From a bacterium (lineage in GTDB: Bacteria > SAR324 > XYD2-FULL-50-16 > G965216635), in contig OZ244188.1 of the NCBI GenBank assembly GCA_965216635.1, positions 1,856,001 to 1,920,000 on the forward strand: a stretch of DNA of 64,000 nucleotides, in the 5' to 3' direction. Position 1 is the first letter of the stretch. Every line of letters begins with the position of its first letter. The notes below the pieces were generated by a model. The model did not search any database, was not told where the DNA came from, and saw nothing but the letters and a program-made list of their open reading frames with translations. The translations under genes were made by a program, and so were the position numbers. Shown one piece after another: positions 1 to 10,052 of the stretch.

Positions 1-3000
1 ATAATATTTCCATTATTGTAAAAATCATTTGTTATTATAAGAGTTAAATCACTTGCTTGAATATCTCCACTAGTTATCAAATCATTGTTTGTAGTGATGT
101 TTAAGGAGTTAGCCTTAATATCTCCTGTTGTGTAGTTGTAAAAGTTAGTAGCGAAAACGTCTAGTGTATTAGCGATAATACTTCCATAATTATGATCACT
201 ACTAGCTATAAGACTTAAATAATCGGCTTGAATATTTCCATAATTATAAAAATAAACATCTATGGTAGCATCAAAATCATTCGCATTAATATTGGATTCA
301 TTAAAAAAATTAAAAGCTATTAAGTTTAAACTACTAGCATCAATATTTCCTAAATTAAAAAAATTATAATTGCTTGTAATATCTAAAATATCGGCACTAA
401 TATCAGAAAATCTATTAGTGAAATTATCAGCTGTAATTTTAATATTACTAGCACGGATACTCCCATCTCCAGAATTAGTAAAACTATCTCTTAGTAAAAT
501 ATCTAATAAGTTACTGTTGATATTTCCTAAATTCAAAAAATTATTAGCAATGGAAGTATTATTATTGCTACTAGTTAGTAAAAAACTACTAGCATCAATA
601 TTTCCAATGCTGTGATTGTTAAAATCAGCAAATACTTTAACATTGAAGTTATCTGCGTAAATATCCCCTGAATTATCAACTAGATAGGTATCTAGGTTGA
701 AATTTTTAACTTTAATATTTGCTTGTTCATTATTGTTCATAAAGGCATATACAGTGCTATCAAAAAAATTAGAATAAATATCACCATAGTTGTTGAAATA
801 ATTCGTTATAACTATTAACTCTTCTGAGTGAATATCACCATAGTTGTCAAAATTTCCACCATTGATATTAAAACCACGAATAATTAGGTATGAATAATTA
901 GAATGAATACTTGCACTGGCATCATTGTAAAAATCATTTGCAAATAAATTTAAAATATTTGCGGAAATCTTACCTTTATTCTCGAAGCTATCTTCTACTG
1001 TAAAACCTACATAGTCGCTTCTAATATCTCCATAATTTTCAAAATCATGATTTGTTCTTAAAATAAAATTATTAGCGTCTATATTTTTATAATTATAAAA
1101 ATGATCAGTTATAATGTATAAAAGGTCAGCAGTTGTAGTTTCACTATTTACAAACCGAGCTGTTTCAATATCTAGAGTGCTTGCACTAATACTAGCGTGA
1201 TTTTCTAGCCATTTTGCATTAATGAGTAAATTACTAGCAGTAATCGTTGCCCTGTCTTTATTGTAAAATCTTTCGTAGACTAAAATATTTAAATTGTTAG
1301 CAGTAATATCACCAGTATTATCAAGATAATCTGCTCTAATATCTAGGGTAGATGCCTGAATATTCCCGTAGTTATAGTTTTTGCTTGTTATAATATTGAG
1401 TTGATTTCCAGTAATATTTCCATCCGAGTTATTGGCGAAAGTATTGATTACTGCTAAAGCTGCGATGTCAGCATTAATGTCTCCATCATTACTAAAATTA
1501 TTGTGCACTATTAAACTCAACGAATCAGAGCTAATGTTTGCGGTGTTATAATTATAAAAATTGTTTTTTGCTAAGATCCATAAGCTATCAGCAGTAATAT
1601 TCGTATAGTTATGAAAATCATTGGTGGTTGTAATGGATAAATTTTTAAAATTAAATCCTAAAAGATTGTTATCATTAGAAAAATTGCTATTATTTAGATA
1701 TAAATTATTAGCTGTGATTTCCCCACTATTATCACTAGCACTGTAATCTGCGTATGTTATAATAGTTAGATTATTAGCTCTTAACTTTGCAAAATTATCA
1801 AAATGTTGTGTTGCAATAAATAAGCTATCAGCTGTGATATTAGTATAATTATAAAAATCACCACTTACTGTTAAAGCCAGATCATTAAAGTTAACTCCGT
1901 TAAGGGTATTGCTACTACTGGTGAAATTTTTGTCTATAGTTAGATAGAGGAGGGAAGTATTAATGGTTGCATCATGTTTGTTGTTAAAACTATTTGTCGT
2001 AATACCTAAAAAATTGGAATAAATACTGCCTGATGAATTGTCAAAGCTATTTCTTGCGTGAATGTTTAGAAACTCACCTCTTATATTGCCTTCATTCAAA
2101 ACATTTTCACTAGTTATATTTAAACTACTAGTAGTGATGTTCTTATAATTAGAAAAATCATTGTTGGTTGTAATATTTAAACTGCGAGAATTAATATCTC
2201 CAGAATTTTCAAAATTGTTCGCTAAAATTGTTGTATTGCCGAAAACATTAATATTTCCTGTAAAAATTGCATTAGAATGGGTTAAAATACTAAAATTCCC
2301 ATCTGTGCTCGCTGTAAAGTCCCCATAAGCTAGAAGAGAATTTAAAGCAATGTCGCCAGCTTCTATGTTGATACTACCACCAGCTTGCAAATAAGAATTT
2401 GCTGTTGTAGTAATTCCAGCTTGGCTTTTTAAGGTTATATTTTGAGTGCTAATAATTTCATTCAGCACCATTTTTCCAGCAGAATCTATTTCTACTCCAC
2501 TTAAAGAAGCAACCACTCTACCTTGGCTATTAACTCCCAGTCCTTTTTCTGTTCCTATAACGATAATAGAGCCAGCTTGCATGTTGGCTAAAGCAGAAAT
2601 ATCTACCGCAAATTCTCCATTTTGTGCTACTCCTGTAGTAGAGTTGAGGGTGAAATTATTAGAATCGTAAGTATTGTTACCACTTAAAATGCGGATCTTT
2701 TCTTTAGCTGTGATTTGGGCTTGGATGCTGTGATACCTAGAAACTAGGTTTAGATAATCTACTTCAGAGCCATTAAAACCATCACCGCTAATGGTGATCT
2801 TGTTGTCGTTGTTAATATTGAAAGTAGGATTTCCAGAGGAGATGCTATCATCGTTTACTGTGCCTGTAATTAAACTTACCTGACTAGCATTGATAAACCC
2901 ACAACCAGAACAGCTAATTCCATTAGGATTAGCTATAATTACACCAGCGTTACTACCAAAAACCTCCCCAAAGCCTTCCAAAGAACTACTATTGCTACTA

Positions 3001-3317
3001 GTGACTTGGTTTAAGATAAGACGAGCAGAATCCCCTATGGTATAATTGGAATTACCCAAAATAATACCAGCCAACCTAGATCTGCCTTCAGAAGTGCTAT
3101 TATTAAAAACAACACCTTCACTTGAAATATTAAAATCAGTATAGGTATTCTTAGAAATTCCATTAGGATTTGGTTTAGCTATATTAATAACATTTATCCC
3201 ATTACGAGCTTGGAAGACAGAAGCGTTGTCTGTTCTGTTATCTGTATTTATCTGAGCCAAAGAAATGTTTATACTCAAAAAAAACAACAATAATGGAAAT
3301 ATTCTTTTCATAATCAT
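1..3317 (-). CDS. Filamentous-haemagglutinin-like TpsA exoprotein (partial, runs off window start)
   Basis: Not in the ORF track. Manual translation from ATG 3317 gives MIMKRIFPLLLFFLSINISLAQ (signal peptide), then a TPS secretion domain with INIAKPNPNGIS, LILNQV and IIANPNGISCSGCGFIN. The same frame at position 1 reads GDIQASDLTLIITNDFYNNGNI (beta-helix repeats). I checked both ends, not every codon between. Confidence 0.9.
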   Translation of the reverse strand, partial: MIMKRIFPLLLFFLSINISLAQINTDNRTDNASVFQARNGINVINIAKPNPNGISKNTYTDFNISSEGVVFNNSTSEGRSRLAGIILGNSNYTIGDSARLILNQVTSSNSSSLEGFGEVFGSNAGVIIANPNGISCSGCGFINASQVSLITGTVNDDSISSGNPTFNINNDNKITISGDGFNGSEVDYLNLVSRYHSIQAQITAKEKIRILSGNNTYDSNNFTLNSTTGVAQNGEFAVDISALANMQAGSIIVIGTEKGLGVNSQGRVVASLSGVEIDSAGKMVLNEIISTQNITLKSQAGITTTANSYLQAGGSINIEAGDIALNSLLAYGDFTASTDGNFSILTHSNAIFTGNINVFGNTTILANNFENSGDINSRSLNITTNNDFSNYKNITTSSLNITSENVLNEGNIRGEFLNIHARNSFDNSSGSIYSNFLGITTNSFNNKHDATINTSLLYLTIDKNFTSSSNTLNGVNFNDLALTVSGDFYNYTNITADSLFIATQHFDNFAKLRANNLTIITYADYSASDNSGEITANNLYLNNSNFSNDNNLLGFNFKNLSITTTNDFHNYTNITADSLWILAKNNFYNYNTANISSDSLSLIVHNNFSNDGDINADIAALAVINTFANNSDGNITGNQLNIITSKNYNYGNIQASTLDIRADYLDNTGDITANNLNILVYERFYNKDRATITASNLLINAKWLENHASISASTLDIETARFVNSETTTADLLYIITDHFYNYKNIDANNFILRTNHDFENYGDIRSDYVGFTVEDSFENKGKISANILNLFANDFYNDASASIHSNYSYLIIRGFNINGGNFDNYGDIHSEELIVITNYFNNYGDIYSNFFDSTVYAFMNNNEQANIKVKNFNLDTYLVDNSGDIYADNFNVKVFADFNNHSIGNIDASSFLLTSSNNNTSIANNFLNLGNINSNLLDILLRDSFTNSGDGSIRASNIKITADNFTNRFSDISADILDITSNYNFFNLGNIDASSLNLIAFNFFNESNINANDFDATIDVYFYNYGNIQADYLSLIASSDHNYGSIIANTLDVFATNFYNYTTGDIKANSLNITTNNDLITSGDIQASDLTLIITNDFYNNGNI

Positions 3318-3352
3318 AGTTGGGTTGTTACTATTAAAAAAAGTAGCTTTAA

Positions 3353-3598
3353 TTTTTTAGTAAATAAAAAACTTTGTCAAGTAAAAAATATCAATTTTAA
3401 TAAAATAAACCTTTAGCGAGTAGATAAAACATAGCTTTAAGCAGAAAAGTTTTTTTCAAATAAATTTATTGGATTAAGTAAAAATTATTAATTTTAGCAA
3501 AAACCCCTGTTTTTTAGTAAATAAAAACCTTTGTCAAGTAAAAAATATCAATTTTAATAAAATAAACCTTTAGCGAGTAGGGAAAACATAGGTTTAAG
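3353..3598. repeat. 89-bp near-identical direct repeat x2 (3353-3441, 3510-3598) upstream of tpsA, each with TTGACA on the minus strand
   Basis: TTTTTTAGTAAATAAAAA(A/C)CTTTGTCAAGTAAAAAATATCAATTTTAATAAAATAAACCTTTAGCGAGTAG occurs twice. Confidence 0.9.
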
Positions 3599-3606
3599 TC
3601 TCTAAA

Positions 3607-5385
3607 TTAAAATCCAAAATCCCAAAGTAAAGATGCAGACATTCTTTTTACAATAGGTTCTTTTGTAGTAAAAGGAGTTGTGCTATCATTAGGTATTTCA
3701 TAAGAATATGAAAAGTTAATCCATTTGTAAGAGAAATTGAGTGACGTCCCTCCGCCTGATAAACAACGATAATTTCTTGCTCCTGCACTAGATTCTACAC
3801 AGCCATAATCATAGAATAAAGAAAATTTTAAGGCTTTGGCAAAAGAACCTAAAAAAGATAGCTTTTGAAAAGGATGGGTGGAGATAGTATGCTGTTGATA
3901 CCAACCTATATCGTCAGAATAACTGTTGCTAGCATATCCCCTTACGCTACCGCTTCCTCCGATTCCTATAGTGCCATAAATTTCTTTATCCGTTGTTTGG
4001 CTGTATATTCTAGTAGTGTAGTTTACAGGAAAATTTTTAATGAAACTAATACTATAAGAAGTATTATTAGACCAAAAGGAATATTGAGCGTGGGGTTCAT
4101 CTTCCTTAATATCTAGGGCATCTTCTCTAGCTCCAAACCAAGTTACTCCTTGTCTGTAGGTAAGGGCGGATTGTAGGCTATTTTTTTTTATTGTAAAATT
4201 TCCTATTAGACTAAGATTAGCTGTAGCCAATTTCCTAGAGGAAACATCCACTAAAGTAGTGTCCACAAAAACACGATTTTTTTGAGTGCCCGCACTGGCT
4301 TTTAAAGCAACTTGGTTTCCTTTTTTTTTAAGAATTATTTTTTCTAAAGAAAGGTTGACATTATCGGAATCCCCTTTAGAAATAAATTCTTGTGCTCTTG
4401 TTACTTGGGGTTGTGAATAAGAGCTGCCAGAATAAGAACTTGAAATAGTATAATAGCCTAGCGGAAAAGAAATATTGGAAGAATAAGAGCGGCTGAATAG
4501 ATTATCTTCAAAACTATCTTTTTGTGACCTGTTATAAGAAAAAGATAAACTCTCATTCATACCCAAAACATCTTCTAAACCAAAGCTTGAATTGTAATTA
4601 TATTTACCATAGACTCCTCCTATTCCTAACTTTTCTATAGAAGAAATTCCCAGACTAATGTATGTATATTTTTCTTTGTTTAGGATAATATCAATATTGC
4701 TAAAACCTCTTTCTTTAGCTGGAATAATCTGCATTCTAGCTTGCGAAAAACGAAGTCTGTTGATTTGTTTTAAACCCTGTTCTATGTCGTAAATATTAAA
4801 AACATCTCCTTCTAAAAAAGGAAAAGCAGTTTTTCTGCGAAATTTATTTTTTCTTTTTTGATTACCTTTTACTTGTATCTTTTGGATTTTGCCTTCTAGT
4901 ATTTCAATAAAAAGCTCTCCTGTTACAAAATTAGATTCTTCTGTCAAAAAAACACGAGCTAAACTATAGCCCCTATCTTGATAAAAAGATCTGATTTTTG
5001 CTAAAAGTTCGTCAATATCTTTTTTGAAAATGCAACGGAAGAGGTATGTAACATAAAGGTTTTCCAATTTTTTTATACTAAAAATACTATTTCCACTCAA
5101 ATGGATTAAAAAAATTTGAAAACACTTACCTTGCTTTTCAGGAGTTGCTTTTAGTTTGATTAGATCAGGGGAGGTTTGAAAAAATTGCTTGAGTTGGTCT
5201 ACAGAACTATCTAGAATCGGAGGCGGCAGTTTAGCTTCTTTTTCTCTTCTTTCTTCTTCTTTTTCAAATAGAATCTCTTCATTCAATTTTCTGGCAGCTT
5301 TTTTTTCTTCTTCTGTAGCTGCTTTAAGAGATGGGAGAGATAGTAAAAAAAGCAAACCAGCCCCAACAATCAAAATAGATTTCAT
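3607..5385 (-). CDS. ShlB/FhaC/HecB family TpsB outer-membrane transporter
   Basis: Signal peptide, POTRA-like segments (FYQDRGYSLARV, IEQGLKQIN), IGGSGSVRGY motif, terminal Phe; adjacent to tpsA. Confidence 0.92.
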   Translation of the reverse strand: MKSILIVGAGLLFLLSLPSLKAATEEEKKAARKLNEEILFEKEEERREKEAKLPPPILDSSVDQLKQFFQTSPDLIKLKATPEKQGKCFQIFLIHLSGNSIFSIKKLENLYVTYLFRCIFKKDIDELLAKIRSFYQDRGYSLARVFLTEESNFVTGELFIEILEGKIQKIQVKGNQKRKNKFRRKTAFPFLEGDVFNIYDIEQGLKQINRLRFSQARMQIIPAKERGFSNIDIILNKEKYTYISLGISSIEKLGIGGVYGKYNYNSSFGLEDVLGMNESLSFSYNRSQKDSFEDNLFSRSYSSNISFPLGYYTISSSYSGSSYSQPQVTRAQEFISKGDSDNVNLSLEKIILKKKGNQVALKASAGTQKNRVFVDTTLVDVSSRKLATANLSLIGNFTIKKNSLQSALTYRQGVTWFGAREDALDIKEDEPHAQYSFWSNNTSYSISFIKNFPVNYTTRIYSQTTDKEIYGTIGIGGSGSVRGYASNSYSDDIGWYQQHTISTHPFQKLSFLGSFAKALKFSLFYDYGCVESSAGARNYRCLSGGGTSLNFSYKWINFSYSYEIPNDSTTPFTTKEPIVKRMSASLLWDFGF

Positions 5386-5436
5386 TGTATAATAATTGTT
5401 AAGGTAGACGTTTATGAAAAATAATTTCTTCTAGTC

Positions 5437-6267
5437 TTATTTGGTCGGTAATTTTTTTGCAGGGTTTTTCTGAATCTGTTTTGCTATTCCTTGAGCTTTT
5501 AAATTATCCTCAATAGATAATTCTTCTTCTATTTCTTGAATTTCTTTTTTTGCTTGAGCGGATCCTAAAGCAGAAGCTACATTAAAATAAGCGTGAGCGT
5601 AAATTAAATTCTTTTTTACCCCTTTACCTTCTTTAAAGTATTCTGCTAGTTTAAGGAAAGCAGGTGTAAAGTTTTTTGCTGTTGACTTATGATACCAAGT
5701 ATAAGCTTTTCCATCATTCTTAGAAACATAGTTCCCTTTTTCATAAAAAGCTCCTAATTGAAAAGCTGCTACTGCATTACCCAAATCCGCTGCTATTTTA
5801 TAATTTTGGAAAGCTTTCTTAAAATCTTTTTTGACAAGTGTGCCACCAGAATATAATCCACCCAAAATCAGCAAAGCCTCTTCATCTTTTTTCTTTGCTG
5901 ATTGCTCAATAAGTTGGATTGCTTTTTTATAATCTTTTAATACAAATTCTCCTGCCAAGTAATAGATAGCATATTTTGTTCGTGCTTGGGTATGTTTTTT
6001 TTCAGCAGCTCTTTTGTAATATTCAAACCCCACTCTTCTCTGTGGTTTAATACCTCCCAACCCATCACTAAAAATCCTACCTAGATAATAAAAAGCTTCA
6101 GGGTCTTCTTTTTCATTTGCGATTTGTAAAAAAGCTTTTGCTGATTCTTGAATTTTATTATTTTCAAAAAGTTTCTTTGCATCTTTTAGAGAAACCTCTT
6201 GAGCAAAAGACAACGGCATCCATAAAAGAAACACCAACAAACCAATAAGGTTATATTTTTTATTCAT
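5437..6267 (-). CDS. Secreted Sel1-like repeat protein
   Basis: Signal peptide; repeats such as AFYYLGRIFSDGLGG, AAFQLGAFYEKG, AHAYFNVASALG. Confidence 0.9.
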   Translation of the reverse strand: MNKKYNLIGLLVFLLWMPLSFAQEVSLKDAKKLFENNKIQESAKAFLQIANEKEDPEAFYYLGRIFSDGLGGIKPQRRVGFEYYKRAAEKKHTQARTKYAIYYLAGEFVLKDYKKAIQLIEQSAKKKDEEALLILGGLYSGGTLVKKDFKKAFQNYKIAADLGNAVAAFQLGAFYEKGNYVSKNDGKAYTWYHKSTAKNFTPAFLKLAEYFKEGKGVKKNLIYAHAYFNVASALGSAQAKKEIQEIEEELSIEDNLKAQGIAKQIQKNPAKKLPTK

Positions 6268-6426
6268 AATTGTTTTTTAATTTAAGTTATTATGAACTAA
6301 GCATTCTAAATATTTTTTATACTCTTGTAAAGGTATTTTTTGAGAAATAATATAAAAAACCAGCAAAATTTTTTTTTTATCAGTAGACTATAGCTTTTAA
6401 AATATTAAAGCAGAATTTATTTCCTC

Positions 6427-6457
6427 TCCGAGTCCGAGCCGCAAGGCTCGGGTGACA
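6427..6457. repeat. Short REP-like hairpin (related copy at about 52906-52929)
   Basis: CCGAGCCGCAAGGCTCGGGTGACA here; TTGAGCCGATAGGTTCGGGTAACA near 52906. Confidence 0.5.
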
Positions 6458-6591
6458 GTAGCCAATAATCCTCAAAAATGGCTGTAAATTTCAATTTTAA
6501 ATTCTGTCACTTTTAAAATAATAAGATTAGGTCACCCAAAATTTAGATTTTGCTATACTCATTAAAATTCATTTAGAATTATAAATAAAAA

Positions 6592-6963
6592 ATGAAAATA
6601 GGTATAACTGGTTCTACTGGGACGTTAGGAAAAATTCTTGTAAAGCAATTAGAAAAAGCAAACTACCACTGTTTTAAAGGTGATATTTGCTCTAAAGATG
6701 ATATTGATGCTTGGGTGAAAACGAATAATTTTAGCGAAATAATCCACTTTGCTGCAATGGTTTCAACTAGCAAGGTAGAAAACAATCTAAGTAAAGCTTA
6801 TCAAATTAATACTAGCGGTGTTAAATATTTAATAGAAGTATTGCAATCTTGTAGAAAGCAGCCGTGGTTATTTTATGCAAGCACTTCTCATGTCTATAAA
6901 AGTAAGAATACTCCCATAAACGAACTAGATGCTATTGAACCAGTATCAGAATTAGGAATATAG
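6592..6963 (+). pseudogene. Truncated NAD-dependent epimerase/dehydratase (N-terminal part)
   Basis: ITGSTGTLG Rossmann motif, HFAA, YASTSHVY; stops before the catalytic YxxxK. Confidence 0.8.
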
Positions 6964-7148
6964 AAACCAGAGATATGTTACCTATTATTAACCAGCCTAT
7001 CTATAAACGACTATACCGAGATTTGGAAAAAAACAATCCAGTAGCAAGCTGGATTAATAGATCTGGGTTTTACATTGGTTGCCATCCTTATATGAAAGAA
7101 GCAGAAATTGATTTCATTATAGAATCGTTTGAAGATTACTTTTCTTGA
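6960..7148 (+). pseudogene. C-terminal remnant of a DegT/DnrJ-family sugar aminotransferase
   Basis: Manual translation: IETRDMLPIINQPIY...NPVASWINRSGFYIGCHPYMKEAEIDFIIESFEDYFS*. Confidence 0.7.
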
Positions 7149-7178
7149 TGCTATCTTGTTTGATTTCATACTGTTCTT

Positions 7179-7559
7179 TTAGTTTAGCTTGAGGTTTTTT
7201 TTAAAATTAATAATTCTTTGTTTTTTCTCCTTTGTCTGTCCTGCCTTAAAGTATATCTCTAAAAAAACTATCTTTTGTTTTTCAAGAATAAACGCATAGA
7301 TAAGACGAATACCACTTTTTGCTCCCCGTCCTTTCAGACTCTTGCATTGAAATTTTGTAACCTTAAAAAATTGCAATTTTTCAGTATTGCCTACTCCTTG
7401 AATTTTCTCAATGCTGTTATTGTCAATATTGTTGTTGTGAAATAATTCTATGCGGTATTTTTTATTAGTTTTAAAGTCCTCTTTTAATGAAGGCGATTTT
7501 TTGAGCAGAGCTTTGAAGTCGTTCTGGAATTCTTTTGTTTCTTCATACTGAATCATCAT
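7179..7559 (-). CDS. RelE/ParE-superfamily-like toxin
   Basis: Probable start MMIQYEETKEFQNDFKALLKK; GRGAKSGIRLIY..IVFLEIYFK motif; overlaps the upstream antitoxin. Confidence 0.7.
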   Translation of the reverse strand: MMIQYEETKEFQNDFKALLKKSPSLKEDFKTNKKYRIELFHNNNIDNNSIEKIQGVGNTEKLQFFKVTKFQCKSLKGRGAKSGIRLIYAFILEKQKIVFLEIYFKAGQTKEKKQRIINFKKNLKLN

Positions 7560-8091
7560 CGTATTGTCTCCGAGAAAATTCTTCTGTGCGAGCAAAAACC
7601 GCTTCGTAATCAATAATTTTCATATCCTCTGTGCCTATCCAAGGCACATCTCTATGAGAATCGCTTTCCATTTTACTTGCGGTAACATCTTTAAATCTTT
7701 CTATCTCCATATCTATCAGTTCTTTTTCTCTAGCAGAAAAATCGGTTAAATCGGCTTTTCTTAATGGTAAGTATTTTTTTTGAGAAAATTGAAAAAATTT
7801 TTTCACCACTGGAACTAAATCTTTATCTTCTTCCATTTTTTTAAGAATTTTAGGAAAATCTTTAGGGGTAGGACCATGATGATTTTTAAGATATTTTAAT
7901 CCCATAATTTGTTCTTCGTATATTTCATAAAAATCAAAATCAATAAAATACATCAATTTACAAATAACCGATTCTCCAATATTCGGACGCGCTCCAATAG
8001 ATTCTAAAACATACAAAAGCACCTCTTTAAATTTTTTAATATTTTCTTGAGGCTTGGAATCACGCGCTTCTTGTTTGGTTTGTGTGACCAT
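7543..8091 (-). CDS. DUF4065/SocA (Panacea) domain antitoxin
   Basis: KLMYFIDFDFY...Y..NHHGP...SH.D.PW signature. Confidence 0.8.
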   Translation of the reverse strand: MVTQTKQEARDSKPQENIKKFKEVLLYVLESIGARPNIGESVICKLMYFIDFDFYEIYEEQIMGLKYLKNHHGPTPKDFPKILKKMEEDKDLVPVVKKFFQFSQKKYLPLRKADLTDFSAREKELIDMEIERFKDVTASKMESDSHRDVPWIGTEDMKIIDYEAVFARTEEFSRRQYDDDSV

Positions 8092-8173
8092 ATTATTGTC
8101 TTTTTAAGAAGTTTTGATATATCACTATATTAGTAAAAAACAAAGAATTTGTCAAATAAAAAAATCTATTCTT

Positions 8174-9043
8174 TTACCTGTTTCTTTTTTCAGCAATGAT
8201 TTTGAGTTTTTTTTTGTAGATGGTCTTGGAATGATCTGCTATCATTTTTTTGAAAAAATTTACTATAAATAGGGCTTTCGCTCTATAAAACAAAATATTC
8301 TTTATTCTATAAAACCAATTTACAGAATATAGCAGCTGAACATTTTCATATTTTCCTTTGGGACAGTCGGTAAGATAAAGCATATTGCCACAGTGAAAAT
8401 AACTAAAAAGACTAGGAGGCATTGTAGGGACAGGGTCTGCTGCATTGACTAATCTATAAATGGGAGTTTTGATGTCCGCTATCCAGTTTTTATTTCCCAC
8501 CTTAGGAGAGCCAAAAGTATAACAAGCAGAAATTCCAGCCTTATGAGATAATCTTTTGACTGCCACAGAGGCTAAGGCTCCGCCTAGACTATGTCCAGTA
8601 ATAAAAAGCGGTTTTTCATTAAAAAGCTTACTATCTAAAGTGTTTTGAATATCGGGTGCGACTTGTTCAAAGGCTTGGCTAAAACCTGCGTGAACCTTGC
8701 CTTTTGTTTTGCAAGGAGTTAAATTGGCTTTTAGGTCTGTTTTTATATCTTTGATGCTGTCTGTTTCTGTTCCTCTAAAAGCTAAAACAAGAAAATCTTT
8801 GTTAGAAACTAAAACCGCCTGTGTGTCTTTTTTATCATAAATTTTTTCTAGTTTCGTTCTTAAAAATTTTATATTTTGCTTTAAGTTTTCTTTTTTTTGA
8901 AAATCCATATACGCCAATTCCGATAAAGACGCCATAAGCCAAGCGGTTCTATCACTGTAGGCTTTTCTATAGGTTGGTGATTTTTTGTCAAGCTCCTGAA
9001 TTTCATCTGCTTCTTTTTTTGAACTTGCAAATATATTAGACAT
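8174..9043 (-). CDS. Lipase class 3 family protein
   Basis: LAFRGTE, VHAGF, TGHSLGG, YTFGSP, DPVP and C-terminal DH motifs. Confidence 0.9.
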   Translation of the reverse strand: MSNIFASSKKEADEIQELDKKSPTYRKAYSDRTAWLMASLSELAYMDFQKKENLKQNIKFLRTKLEKIYDKKDTQAVLVSNKDFLVLAFRGTETDSIKDIKTDLKANLTPCKTKGKVHAGFSQAFEQVAPDIQNTLDSKLFNEKPLFITGHSLGGALASVAVKRLSHKAGISACYTFGSPKVGNKNWIADIKTPIYRLVNAADPVPTMPPSLFSYFHCGNMLYLTDCPKGKYENVQLLYSVNWFYRIKNILFYRAKALFIVNFFKKMIADHSKTIYKKKLKIIAEKRNR

Positions 9044-10052
9044 TTTTTTATTCTTTAAAAAGATTGTAGCTTTTTGTTTGAGTTAGTTTATTATAAATTA
9101 TTCTACAATTAGTTCAATAATTAAAAAAAAAATTTCTTAACTATGCTGCAAGATTTGGCAATTTTTGAAAAATTTAAGGTAAGAAGACAATTTGATGAGA
9201 AACAACAAAAATGGTTGTTTTCCATTATTGATATAGTAGCTGTTCTTACCAATCAACCAGATTATGCAAAAGCAAAAAGTTATTGGACTACACTTAAATC
9301 TAGATTAAAAAAAGATGAAAGTGAAGTGGTCATAAATTGTGACCAGTTGAAAATGAAAGCGAAAGATGGAAAAATGAGGCAGACAGATGTCGCTAATCTA
9401 GAGGTAATATTTCGCCTTATTCAATCAATTCCAAGTAAGAAAGCTGAACCAATCAAACTATGGTTAGCTAAAGTAGGAAATGAGAGAGTGCAAGAGATTG
9501 CAGATCCAGAACAATCCATTAACAGAGCAAGAAACAACTGGCAAAAATACGGCAGAAGCCTCAAATGGATTCAACAAAGAATGATGGGGCAAGAAACACG
9601 GAATAAGTTAACTGATTATTGGAAAAAAAGCGGAGTAAAAGAAGGTAAGGAATATGCAATTTTAACAAATATTATTCACGAGGAATGGGCAGATTTAAAT
9701 ATTTCACAACACAAAAAACTTAAAGGATTAAAAAGAGAAAATCTCCGAGATCATACGAGCGAAGCATAGTTGATTTTTACAGCATTGGCTGAACTTTCAA
9801 CTAGACAAATTGCAGAAAACACCAAAACAAAAGGTTTAAAAGAAAATAAAATTCCTGCTAAAAAAGGCGGCAAAATTGCAAAAGATGCAAGAAAAGCTTT
9901 AGAAGAGAAAACAGGCAAGAAAGTGTTAGACCATAATAATTATTTAAATCAAAAACCTAGTATAAAAATGGGGTGATTTTTTATCTAGTAGCTTATGAAT
10001 TTCATCTGCTTTTTTTTTGAACTTACAAATATATTAGACATTTTTTTATTCT
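8997..10052. repeat. About 58-bp direct repeats (8997-9054, 9996-10052) flanking the bro gene
   Basis: TGAATTTCATCTGCTT(C)TTTTTTTGAACTT(G/A)CAAATATATTAGACATTTTTTTATTCT twice; on the minus strand this is the lipase start region. Confidence 0.9.
9143..9976 (+). pseudogene. BRO-N domain (phage antirepressor-like) protein interrupted by an in-frame TAG at 9767-9769
   Basis: WLFSIIDIV, RLIQSIPSKKAEPIKLWLA, then NLRDHTSEA*LIFTALAELSTR; both ORFs are in one frame and the family usually has Glu here (GAG>TAG). Confidence 0.85.

Noticed and set aside
370..2670. Plus-strand ORFs 370-615 and 2446-2670, and similar short antisense ORFs throughout the window
   Set aside because: Shadows of longer, motif-bearing genes on the opposite strand
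9767..9769. Programmed TAG read-through or alternative genetic code
   Set aside because: Other genes end normally at TAG (e.g. pstB, yhhQ); a single nonsense mutation is simpler
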